This document shows, piece after piece, positions 55,779 to 64,000 of a stretch of DNA of 64,000 nt; position 1 is the stretch's first letter; each line of letters begins with the position of its first letter. The notes beneath the pieces were generated by a model. The model saw nothing but the letters and a program-made list of their open reading frames with translations. It searched no databases and was not told where the DNA came from. Source of the DNA: a virus (taxonomy: Duplodnaviria > Heunggongvirae > Uroviricota > Caudoviricetes); IMG/VR virus record IMGVR_UViG_3300035521_000566; one strand, written 5' to 3'. A program made the position numbers and the translations under genes.

Positions 55779-56486
55779 TTAGATTTCAGCCTGTGCCTGT
55801 GCCTCATTTGAAACCAAAAGATTATTATTTAATCTCTGAGCGTCTTGCTGCATCTTAGACTTATCAACAATATTCTTTGTTTCAGACTTAGAACCTATTG
55901 CTGTAGGCTCAGGCATATTATTAAGCTTATTTTTATTATTTGAAAGAGCTGCACCGATATTTTGTATCGTCTGCTTTGTCTCATTCATAGTCTCAGAAGG
56001 TACATTCTTGATTGAATCAACCTGAGATTTTACATTGTATGCTACGAGTTCGCCACCTATTTTGACCTTATTGTCTAATGACTGACCTTTCATATCATTT
56101 ATTGCACTCACTGTTGCTTTTGTCTGTTCAATTCTTGACTTACAATCCTGCATAGTACCTTTTGCAACGGTTGGAGCCACTTTCGCAAGTGATGCAACGC
56201 CAGAAACCTTTTCGCCTGCTACAATATCTGCAACACCATATGCAACACCTGGTGCTGCTTTTATATTATTGACAGTGCTCTTGGTTCTGTAATTCGAAGC
56301 TTTATCTAAGTGCTTCTTTGTCTTATCAGACAATCCAGATGAATCCTTCTTAGCGAGCTTTTTTTTAGACTTAGATTTATGCTTGGACTTATTCTCATCT
56401 TTTTTCAACTGCTTTTCTCGCTCAGCCATCTCTTCGGGGCTATTACGCAACTGTCTGTTTGCTGCTTTCAACGCTCTTGGTGCCAT
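55779..56486 (-). CDS. Lys-rich protein (235 aa), paralog of 56528..57214
   Basis: Shared G-x-G-(I/V)-A/VKGG segment and C-terminal QDA.RL.-N-L motif with neighbour; terminator 55739-55768 downstream. Confidence 0.45.
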   Translation of the reverse strand: MAPRALKAANRQLRNSPEEMAEREKQLKKDENKSKHKSKSKKKLAKKDSSGLSDKTKKHLDKASNYRTKSTVNNIKAAPGVAYGVADIVAGEKVSGVASLAKVAPTVAKGTMQDCKSRIEQTKATVSAINDMKGQSLDNKVKIGGELVAYNVKSQVDSIKNVPSETMNETKQTIQNIGAALSNNKNKLNNMPEPTAIGSKSETKNIVDKSKMQQDAQRLNNNLLVSNEAQAQAEI

Positions 56487-56527
56487 ATAATCGCTCCTCT
56501 CTAAAATCTTATATCAAAAGCTTTGAT

Positions 56528-57214
56528 TTAATAATCCATTCCTGCCTGATAATCAGGACCCTGCTGAATTTCAAGATTAGATTGTAAACGATTTGCGTCC
56601 TGCACCATCTTATCATACGAAACCTTATTTGTTTCTGTCTGAATCTCTGTTTGTACTTCAGTCGCTTCTGTAGTCTCTTTTGAAAGACCACTGTTCTCTA
56701 GCTGATGACTCTCAATCATTTCTGCCTGCTCATTCTTCAGCTTCTCATCTTCTACTTTTTCAAGTTCCTTACGGTCTTTTCTTAACTCTTTGAAAGTGGT
56801 CTGACCTGTAAGAACCTTGCTAGTATCCTTTACTTTACCCAAAGTATTCTGAATATCTTTCTTAGGCTTATGCTTCAGAGCTTCACGAGATGCATCTGAC
56901 TTGGCTTCGCTATACTCAGCCTTTAACTGAACCTGCTCTTCTTTTGAAAGATACTTTGAATCCTTTTTAAGACTGGCTTTCGCATTCTTCTCAAGTTTAC
57001 GGGCTTGATGTGAATCTTTTACAAGATTAGCACCGCCCTTTACAATTCCGACTGGTCCACCAGTTGCAATCGTAAATACATCGCCTGCTTTGTCAGCACG
57101 CTTCTCAGCTGCCTTCTCCATCTGTTTGCGTGTATTTTCTGACATCTGTACATTAGAATGTTCTACATTTTTATTCTTTAATTTCTTAGCCATTGTAATT
57201 CCCCTTTCAATCAT
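56528..57214 (-). CDS. Lys-rich protein (228 aa), paralog of 55779..56486
   Basis: ORF; class A promoter 57249-57277; SD GAAAGGGGAATTACA. Confidence 0.45.
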   Translation of the reverse strand: MIERGITMAKKLKNKNVEHSNVQMSENTRKQMEKAAEKRADKAGDVFTIATGGPVGIVKGGANLVKDSHQARKLEKNAKASLKKDSKYLSKEEQVQLKAEYSEAKSDASREALKHKPKKDIQNTLGKVKDTSKVLTGQTTFKELRKDRKELEKVEDEKLKNEQAEMIESHQLENSGLSKETTEATEVQTEIQTETNKVSYDKMVQDANRLQSNLEIQQGPDYQAGMDY

Positions 57215-57248
57215 AAAATACTGCTACGTTACATATTTGTATTTATTT

Positions 57249-57277
57249 ATTATATATCCATATATGGAGAATGTCAA
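57249..57277 (-). promoter_or_regulatory. class A promoter: TTGACA-TTCTCCATATATGGATA-TATAAT
   Basis: Upstream of gene 56528..57214. Confidence 0.55.
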
Positions 57278-57385
57278 TAGCATCATTATTTTGATGATGA
57301 AATGTATTTATAACAAAAATAATAAAGCACTTAATTGCAAAAGGGGCGATGCAATCAATGCTTTATTATTATAGTAGATTTTAGA

Positions 57386-58495
57386 TTAGTCTCCCGCCTG
57401 CTTATTATCCTCTGAATTCATATTACTCTGTATGTTTTCGAGATTTGCAGGCATTGTTTTATTCAGTTCTTCGTTCTGATGAACGGCTGTCTGAGTTTTC
57501 TGATTCTGACGGTTCTTACGCTCAAGAATCTTCTTAATACTAAGTGGACCATCAGCTAACGGTTCTGCCTTTTCATCAGACTCCGTATTATCAACAGATG
57601 TATCATTTTCTGCTTCACCTTCTGAAAGTCCTTCACGCATCATACGCTCAAAGTAAGACGCATATTCTTCAGAGTCATTTTCATCATCGTCTAAGTCGAT
57701 GTCTTCAACAATTTTGTTGACTTCATCAATGTGGGCATTATCTTTATCAATATGTTCATCAACACGAGGCTTTGTGATAGAGAAAATATCCTGTCCGACT
57801 TTCTCGCCTTCAGTAAGCTCTCTCTTCTCCTCTGGCTCCTGAACAATCTGTTCTTCCTGTTCTTCTTCCTGGAAGAATTCATCATCAACAAAGTCTTCAA
57901 ACTGCTCTTTCTGAACTTCAGCTTCCTTGAATGGTTCAAGATAGTCTGTCAACTCGTATCCGCAAGTCTCATCTAATGAGATATTATATTGTGTATCAGG
58001 TTGTACAAATATAATAGGCACATCTGAATCTTTCACCATCAGATACGAACACGTCATCGGTAAATCTTCGTAAGTGTTCATATTCATAATATCTGGTGTC
58101 ATAATTGTCTCTGGATGAGAAATCAATCCTTCCTCTTTGTCAGCTACAAATTTTGCAAGCTGGTCTTTATCTGGAAAAATATTATCTGCATACATCTTAG
58201 CAATCTGCCTGTTAGATAGTTCATAATATAATATAACATCAGGCTGGTCAGCTTCTTCGAAGTCGATTGTCTGTATATTCTCTGGGAATTGTCCTTTAAG
58301 ATTTAACAAACGACCTGCTAAGACAATTTTAGGTCTATAACATTCTGTTTCAGTGCCATACTCGATGAAAGTCTGTGTAACATATACGTCTCCCACACAA
58401 GGCACTCCTGACTCATGTATTAACTGTGAATCATCAAGAAATGTTCGAGCCTGACGGGAATAACTATGGTTCATACTATGTCCGCTAACTTTCAT
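57386..58495 (-). CDS. acidic hypothetical protein (369 aa)
   Basis: ORF; Glu/Asp-rich C-terminal half. Confidence 0.45.
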   Translation of the reverse strand: MKVSGHSMNHSYSRQARTFLDDSQLIHESGVPCVGDVYVTQTFIEYGTETECYRPKIVLAGRLLNLKGQFPENIQTIDFEEADQPDVILYYELSNRQIAKMYADNIFPDKDQLAKFVADKEEGLISHPETIMTPDIMNMNTYEDLPMTCSYLMVKDSDVPIIFVQPDTQYNISLDETCGYELTDYLEPFKEAEVQKEQFEDFVDDEFFQEEEQEEQIVQEPEEKRELTEGEKVGQDIFSITKPRVDEHIDKDNAHIDEVNKIVEDIDLDDDENDSEEYASYFERMMREGLSEGEAENDTSVDNTESDEKAEPLADGPLSIKKILERKNRQNQKTQTAVHQNEELNKTMPANLENIQSNMNSEDNKQAGD

Positions 58496-58586
58496 GAATC
58501 AATATCTCCTTTCTGATTAAATTTAGTTGATATATCAACCTTTTTTAAATTATAAACGATTTCTGCTCAAAAATCAACAGAAAACT

Positions 58587-59027
58587 TTATCTTAATTTAC
58601 GACTTTTGTGTGAAGAAAATGACTGAACTTTATTATCGGTTCCATTAAATGCTGCAGCCTTCTCTTCAATCTTTTCGGCATTTTTCTTCATATCGTCTAC
58701 ATTCAGCCATTTCTTGAAAAACTTATAAATAGCAGAATCTATCAGAATAACTAATATTGTGATAATAATTACGGCAGCAAGTGAAGGAAATACCCAAGTA
58801 GTTAAAGCCGTTACAATATCAGTCTGATTTGAAATTTGGGCAATACCAGCTAAGTAACCTGTCGTAAATGGAATAGCACTTACAATTACAGCAGTCGTAA
58901 ATGAATATACAACTATAATTGTTGCAAACCATCGCACAAGCCCTACAAAAAATCGTAGGACAGAACGCTGCTCCTTTAACTTATTCTTGGCGTCAATAAA
59001 CTTCTTTGAAAATTTGCTTTCTTTCAT
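58587..59027 (-). CDS. membrane protein (146 aa, 3-4 TM)
   Basis: ORF; hydrophobic segments. Confidence 0.45.
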   Translation of the reverse strand: MKESKFSKKFIDAKNKLKEQRSVLRFFVGLVRWFATIIVVYSFTTAVIVSAIPFTTGYLAGIAQISNQTDIVTALTTWVFPSLAAVIIITILVILIDSAIYKFFKKWLNVDDMKKNAEKIEEKAAAFNGTDNKVQSFSSHKSRKLR

Positions 59028-59051
59028 AACTTTTAGTCCTTTCGTTTAATT

Positions 59052-59819
59052 TTATAATATACCCTGTATATTTGACAGAATGCCATTATTATCTACAGTA
59101 TATATAATAGTCATCACAGATGTTGAAGAACTGTCACCTACATGAGATATAACTGCAACCCTAGCGATATAAGTATAATCATTGCCAACTGATGATAACA
59201 AATAGCTCTGAGCACCACCAAACTCCATTGTGATGTTGTTCTCATCAATTTTGTTGCCTGTTATGTTAGCTGTTATATCTGTCTGTTCTGCAATTTCTTC
59301 TGAATTTTCCTCAGTCTCAATTGTATCTGATTCTTCAGTTACCATTGTATCAGCAGACTCTACAGATTCTTCTGTGGTCTCACTACCCTGCTCTACTTCA
59401 GTCGCAGGCTCCTCTGTTTCTTGAACAGTTGTAGTCTCAACATTCGGAAAAAACATATTCATAAATGCTGTATCAGGTTCATATGTATTATAAATTGTAG
59501 TCTTAACAGACATATAAGTCTCATATGAATTCCATCCAAGAACTTTATTCATAAATGACTCAAGTGCAACATCGTCACTTTCGTGTCTTACTTCCAGTTC
59601 GTTAATTGCATCATACTTTGTTGACTGCAACTTATTTGCTGCCGTCTGACTTGATTTATCATTCTCATATTTATTCTCTAACTCTGCACATTTTGCTGAT
59701 ACCTCTTTATATTCAGCCTGTACAGAAGCCAATCCAATATGAGGAAACATAATACCTACTAACAATAATGAGATACCTATAATCGCAGGCATTATCGTTT
59801 TAACACTGAAATCTTCCAT
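59052..59819 (-). CDS. membrane-anchored extracytoplasmic protein, paralog family A (with 61217..61828)
   Basis: N-terminal TM; shared motifs E(P)DTAFMNMFFP and C-terminal N-I-Q/K-G-I-L with the family A partner. Confidence 0.5.
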   Translation of the reverse strand: MEDFSVKTIMPAIIGISLLLVGIMFPHIGLASVQAEYKEVSAKCAELENKYENDKSSQTAANKLQSTKYDAINELEVRHESDDVALESFMNKVLGWNSYETYMSVKTTIYNTYEPDTAFMNMFFPNVETTTVQETEEPATEVEQGSETTEESVESADTMVTEESDTIETEENSEEIAEQTDITANITGNKIDENNITMEFGGAQSYLLSSVGNDYTYIARVAVISHVGDSSSTSVMTIIYTVDNNGILSNIQGIL

Positions 59820-59845
59820 GCTTCATCTTACCTTTCTGTCAATTA

Positions 59846-60418
59846 TTAAAGAGCTCCATCATTGCCTTCATAACGGTCTAATATGCCATTACCATTAGCA
59901 TCACCATTATATTCATCAAGACTATCGTCTCCAGATGGTGCATAATATACATCATTATTATTGATTCCATCATTGGCGTTGGCACCGTTATCATTAACAT
60001 TGCTATTTGACGCATTATTATTATTCGATGTACCATTACTATTTGATACTGCATCATTAGCACTGTTAGAATCAGATGTCACTTCATCGCCAAATATGTT
60101 AACACCTCGACCACTTTCAACAGGAACGCTACTATCTTCTGCCGACTCAGATTTTGTTGATTCCTCTGATTCTGATTTCGTCTCTTCTGTTGCTTCTGAT
60201 TTTGTAACATCAGTTGGCTCAGATTCTGTTGCTACGGACTCTGTCGTTTCAGATGATTCCGTTTCTTTTTCTGCCGAGCTTCCTGTAGCTATGTTATCAG
60301 TAGTTGAATCTGTTGTCTTTGCTTTATTTGTAAAAATCACAATAGAACCTATTACAATTACAAGTAAAGCTACTCCACCCATTACCAATACAGGTAAATT
60401 CTTTTTGTTATCGCTCAT
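59846..60418 (-). CDS. membrane-anchored acidic Ser/Thr/Asn-rich protein (~190 aa)
   Basis: Likely start MSDNKKNL (ATG 60418, SD GAAGGAGACGAG); track start 60559 overlaps the upstream gene by 119 nt. Confidence 0.4.
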   Translation of the reverse strand: MSDNKKNLPVLVMGGVALLVIVIGSIVIFTNKAKTTDSTTDNIATGSSAEKETESSETTESVATESEPTDVTKSEATEETKSESEESTKSESAEDSSVPVESGRGVNIFGDEVTSDSNSANDAVSNSNGTSNNNNASNSNVNDNGANANDGINNNDVYYAPSGDDSLDEYNGDANGNGILDRYEGNDGAL

Positions 60419-60440
60419 ATACTCGTCTCCTTCACGATAT

Positions 60441-61199
60441 TTATTGATTATCTTCCACAGTTGTTTCTGTGGTCGTTTCTGCAGTATTATCTGCGTCAAC
60501 TGTTTCTTCAGAAGTATTTGATTCAGCATCGGAAGATGTTGCAGTGTTATCGTTATCAATAAGGTTCAAATCAATCAATTCCTGACCCTGGCTCGTAACA
60601 TAAGAATAAATATCATTGAACTTTCCCAGTTTTGCATCATAAGTTGCTATAGTATAAGCCAAAATTGTAGTGCTACTGTTCTGATAACAAACCCATATTA
60701 CAGGAACCTCGTCTTTATAAAAAGAACTCGTTGTTTTGAACTCCCACTTGTAATAAATATTCGGACAAAAATACCAATCATAAATACCACTGCCGTCTCC
60801 AACATAAGCGGACAAAGCATCATCATTTGTACTCATACTGTCACCATTTTCATTAGTGTTAGCCGTACCATTTAAAACAGATATTTCGATTGACTGATAA
60901 TCATTCTGAATATTTGCTACGCTTACACCACTATCTAATGCTGAATACGAATTATCAGTTGGTGTCTCAACATTAGATAATTCTTCTATACTGACTTCTA
61001 ACTGAGTAATCTGTGCATTCATATTACTTATTTCTGTCTCATAGTTATTTGACTTATTGATTGTACTTAAGACACTGATTATAAAAACTGTTAATCCAAG
61101 AAATGCAATAAACCATATAACTGTCTTGATAATTTGCTCTCTATCCCAGTAATCGGCAAGAGCTTCTTTCTTTTCTTCATCGAACTCAAATAATTTCAT
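60441..61199 (-). CDS. membrane-anchored extracytoplasmic protein, paralog family B (with 61839..62498)
   Basis: Shared core W-Y-(F/H)-...-Y-(K/E)-WEF-(K/E)-T-...-P-V-(I/L)-W-(V/I)-CY-...-ILAY with the family B partner. Confidence 0.5.
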   Translation of the reverse strand: MKLFEFDEEKKEALADYWDREQIIKTVIWFIAFLGLTVFIISVLSTINKSNNYETEISNMNAQITQLEVSIEELSNVETPTDNSYSALDSGVSVANIQNDYQSIEISVLNGTANTNENGDSMSTNDDALSAYVGDGSGIYDWYFCPNIYYKWEFKTTSSFYKDEVPVIWVCYQNSSTTILAYTIATYDAKLGKFNDIYSYVTSQGQELIDLNLIDNDNTATSSDAESNTSEETVDADNTAETTTETTVEDNQ

Positions 61200-61216
61200 A
61201 CTGATAAGTTCCTTTC

Positions 61217-61828
61217 TTACAAAATTCCCTTAATGTTAGACACATTACCATCAGCATCAACAGTATATGTTACAAGAAACGTAATAGACGCTTCTTTTGC
61301 CTCTCCATTTTCCAATATTGAGGATATGCATGTCACTATTGAAAAATAACTATACTCATAACTGGAAGATATGTCTGTTACATAGCTGTTCATAGAATCA
61401 AATTCTAATGTATAACCAAGTGTGTCAATTCGATTATAATTATTTCCTGCACTATCATAATTTACTGGAATATCAGGGAAAAACATATTCATAAATGTCT
61501 CGTCAGGATTATATTTATTTTCGATGTTTTCACGGGCTGCTGAATATTCAGCTAATGAGCTCCATGTAAGTGCTTCATCCAAAAAGTTTTTCATATAATC
61601 GTCATCCTCAGAATGCCGTTCTTCATCAAGTCCTGTAACATTCTGAATTGTGACACTATTAGTCTGGCTATGCTCACTTTGTTTTTCAGATAAAGCTACC
61701 TGCAAATCGTTTACCTGCTGTATCAATTCCTGCTCTTTCGCTTCACTATTGCTTGTCATCGAACTTGAATAAACAACACAGCAAACGCATATTAAACATC
61801 CTATAATTGCTGGTATAAAACGCTTCAT
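61217..61828 (-). CDS. membrane-anchored extracytoplasmic protein, paralog family A
   Basis: Likely start MKRFIPAII (ATG 61828, SD AGGGGGG); motifs DETFMNMFFP ... NIKGIL. Confidence 0.5.
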   Translation of the reverse strand: MKRFIPAIIGCLICVCCVVYSSSMTSNSEAKEQELIQQVNDLQVALSEKQSEHSQTNSVTIQNVTGLDEERHSEDDDYMKNFLDEALTWSSLAEYSAARENIENKYNPDETFMNMFFPDIPVNYDSAGNNYNRIDTLGYTLEFDSMNSYVTDISSSYEYSYFSIVTCISSILENGEAKEASITFLVTYTVDADGNVSNIKGIL

Positions 61829-61838
61829 AATAGACCCC

Positions 61839-62498
61839 CTATTCTTCAATTACTTCGGTTGATTCTGCAATTTCAGTCGATTCATCACTTGCTTCTGATG
61901 CATCTTCTGATGTTTCTTCAGTAGTCTCAGTCGTAGGTGCGTTCTCATTCACAAGTCCGTCTGTGCCTTCAACTGACGCATATCTATATTCGGCACCAAA
62001 CTTTGTGTCTTTGTATTCAACATTTGAAAACTGATTCGCAGCTACGTTATATATACCTGTTGCATAAGCAAGTATGTCATGTGTATCTGTTTTATAACAA
62101 ATCCATAAGACAGGTATACTTTCACCTGAGAACTGATATGCTGTTTCAAATTCCCACTCATAATCAATATAGTCTGCATGATACCACTGTACTCTATCCT
62201 GTGAATCAGTAAAGAAGTCGTCCATATAAAGGGCATGGTCTTTGACTGTATAATCTTCAGTCGGATAGCCCGTAACCTCATCGTATTTATTCTGACCATC
62301 AGCAACAGCTTTACCTAACTCACTGGCATTATTAAGAGTTTCAATAACATATTCAGTTTCAATTGGAGTATCATCAATTTCGTTAATCTGATTCTGTAAA
62401 TCTGTAATCTGTTCCTGCAAAGTATCAATTCGAGATTGAATTTCTGATTTGCTGGTACTTGCATTATTTATGGATGATATACACGGTCTTTTGTCCAT
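61839..62498 (-). CDS. membrane-anchored extracytoplasmic protein, paralog family B
   Basis: ORF; QWYHADYIDYEWEFETAYQF...PVLWICYKTDTHDILAY. Confidence 0.5.
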   Translation of the reverse strand: MDKRPCISSINNASTSKSEIQSRIDTLQEQITDLQNQINEIDDTPIETEYVIETLNNASELGKAVADGQNKYDEVTGYPTEDYTVKDHALYMDDFFTDSQDRVQWYHADYIDYEWEFETAYQFSGESIPVLWICYKTDTHDILAYATGIYNVAANQFSNVEYKDTKFGAEYRYASVEGTDGLVNENAPTTETTEETSEDASEASDESTEIAESTEVIEE

Positions 62499-62632
62499 GT
62501 TGACGCAGTTTCCTGTACAGACTCTTTACGCTGCTCATGTCGTTCACGCATGTGCTCCAGCGTTTCTTGTGCAAGTTTATTAGCTTCTTCTTTCTCACGA
62601 GCCTTGCGTTCAGCTCTTGTTTCTTTTACCAT
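62468..62632 (-). CDS. small basic Arg/Lys/Glu-rich protein (~54 aa)
   Basis: Likely start MVKETR (ATG 62632, SD GGAAGGAGAC). Confidence 0.3.
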   Translation of the reverse strand: MVKETRAERKAREKEEANKLAQETLEHMRERHEQRKESVQETASTWTKDRVYHP

Positions 62633-62759
62633 CTTAAAAGTCTCCTTCCTATATGTCACAAAACATATGACTTACAAATGAAAAACCCTCATTTACGAGT
62701 AAATTATAGCATGTTTACACACTGAAATCAACCATAAATGGGGTTTTTCTAATAATTAT

Positions 62760-64000
62760 TTAATCAACATCTATATTTACATACTTAGAATCAGACTCAG
62801 TCTGAACATTACGATATACATGTCTATAAATATCAGGGAACGAATCCCCACTTAAGTTGGCAGGTCTATCACCATAAGATGCAGAACCAAATACCAAATC
62901 TGAATCATGATATTTCTTAACAGCTTCTTCGCCGATATACATAATAACATGAGCACTACTTAGTTTGCCGTCTCCGTTAACATCTCCATCAACAGCCACA
63001 TCATAAACACCGTCTCCATCAGTGTCACGACCTTCACAATATAGAACTATATCGCCAGGCTGCAAATCATCAATAGACGAACAATCTACTTCTTCCCAAT
63101 GAGGACAAGACTCCAAATGATTTTTTAAATCATATACACCACCAAATGTTACATCATCATCAGCTCCTGACCACAATATAGCATATCCAACACCACGGTC
63201 GCATGAAGCATAATAGTCGTCAGAGATGTCTCTTATTCCTTCTATTGTCTGATGTACTTTAATATATAAATCGGTACCACAAACAATGCCTGCAGGACCA
63301 TTATCAGCACTACCACCTGCTGCCGTATAACTTGCAACAGACTCTTCTCTTGTAGTAAAACAATATGCTGCCATTCTTTCTGCAAGACCATCGCCATAAC
63401 CCTGAACAGTAGAATCCTTACAAGCTGAACTATCATCACTACTTGATGCAGTTTCACCTGACAACTTTGCTGCATCTCCTGCAATTTCTATAATTGTATT
63501 ATAGTAATTTGCATCAGCTGTCCATTCACCAAAATATGCCATATATTCATTAGCTACTGTCTGTCTTGATGTAACATCACCGCTAAATCCTTCCCAACCA
63601 GTTGCAAAATCAGAACAACATTCTGAAGCCGTACTTGGTGCTGATGATGCCCATGAAGCTACCCAATCAGCACGACTATCAACTGAAATCATATATGCTA
63701 ACTGCGTATCCATATCATACCAATTGAGACCAGCATTTTGAGCCATCAAAATTAACTCTAATGCTCTTGGACCTGTCCACTGTCCTAATCCAAGACCACA
63801 ATAATATGCAGTTTGACCATTTGATTCTGTTGCTACATAACCACTTGAATTTACAGACGTTGAACCAGCACCCTGACCCGCTGAAAGACTATAACCATGC
63901 TTTGTTGTACTCGACCCTGTACCAATGTAATAACCATTCAAAAGCAAATTATATGTGTATGTATCTAAGTCGTTAAATGCATTTTGCCATTCATCTGTTC
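62760..64000 (-). CDS. bifunctional cell-wall hydrolase (lysozyme-like domain + C-terminal NlpC/P60-CHAP peptidase), CwlT-like; 5' end outside window
   Basis: C-terminal ASCDRGVGYAILW ... QPGDIVLY ... SAHVIMYIGEE (Cys ... His signature of NlpC/P60-CHAP); N-terminal GLGQWTGPRALELILMAQNAGLNWYDMD lysozyme-like; reading frame open upstream to nt 64000 (track start is a TTG). Confidence 0.6.
   Translation of the reverse strand, partial: TDEWQNAFNDLDTYTYNLLLNGYYIGTGSSTTKHGYSLSAGQGAGSTSVNSSGYVATESNGQTAYYCGLGLGQWTGPRALELILMAQNAGLNWYDMDTQLAYMISVDSRADWVASWASSAPSTASECCSDFATGWEGFSGDVTSRQTVANEYMAYFGEWTADANYYNTIIEIAGDAAKLSGETASSSDDSSACKDSTVQGYGDGLAERMAAYCFTTREESVASYTAAGGSADNGPAGIVCGTDLYIKVHQTIEGIRDISDDYYASCDRGVGYAILWSGADDDVTFGGVYDLKNHLESCPHWEEVDCSSIDDLQPGDIVLYCEGRDTDGDGVYDVAVDGDVNGDGKLSSAHVIMYIGEEAVKKYHDSDLVFGSASYGDRPANLSGDSFPDIYRHVYRNVQTESDSKYVNIDVD

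Overview
AT-rich accessory or mobile-element DNA with Firmicutes-style expression signals: strong Shine-Dalgarno sites and many near-perfect sigma-70-type TTGACA-17-TATAAT promoters. Almost every gene is on the minus strand, except a plus-strand replication module and two short plus operons. The content is mixed. (i) The 5' 5 kb encodes the N-terminal 1683 aa of a giant single-chain protein with recognisable bacterial RNAP beta motifs (GDK..GNKGV; HxxVDEKxH) and beta-prime motifs (NPVMDKGYDGDFDGD), and the ORF runs off the window. (ii) Conjugation-type genes are present: a MobA/MobL (MOBQ) relaxase, a VirD4/TraG-type coupling protein, a CwlT-like muramidase plus NlpC/P60 hydrolase, and paralogous membrane-anchored proteins. 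The coupling-protein gene is split by a ~2 kb insert that carries a free-standing Vsr/DUF559-like endonuclease ORF flanked by perfect 21-bp inverted repeats, so the insert is a candidate group I intron or homing-endonuclease insertion. (iii) Replication and repair genes include a D5/P4-type SF3 primase-helicase, an ATP-dependent DNA ligase and an iteron-rich putative origin. (iv) There is an ~8.6 kb array of about 30 tRNA genes, including degenerate copies, with two small gene cassettes inside it. (v) Two orphan DNA methyltransferases, a ClpB-like double AAA+ ATPase, an SPFH protein, a macro-like protein next to an ATP-grasp enzyme, and many hypothetical membrane or secreted proteins complete the set. 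Two promoter families recur: class A carries a conserved palindromic spacer (CCATATATGG) and class B carries a CTCAT(A/T)TATGAG-type motif. No integrase, rRNA or CRISPR array is seen. tRNA anticodons and many gene-start refinements were worked out by hand and are tentative.
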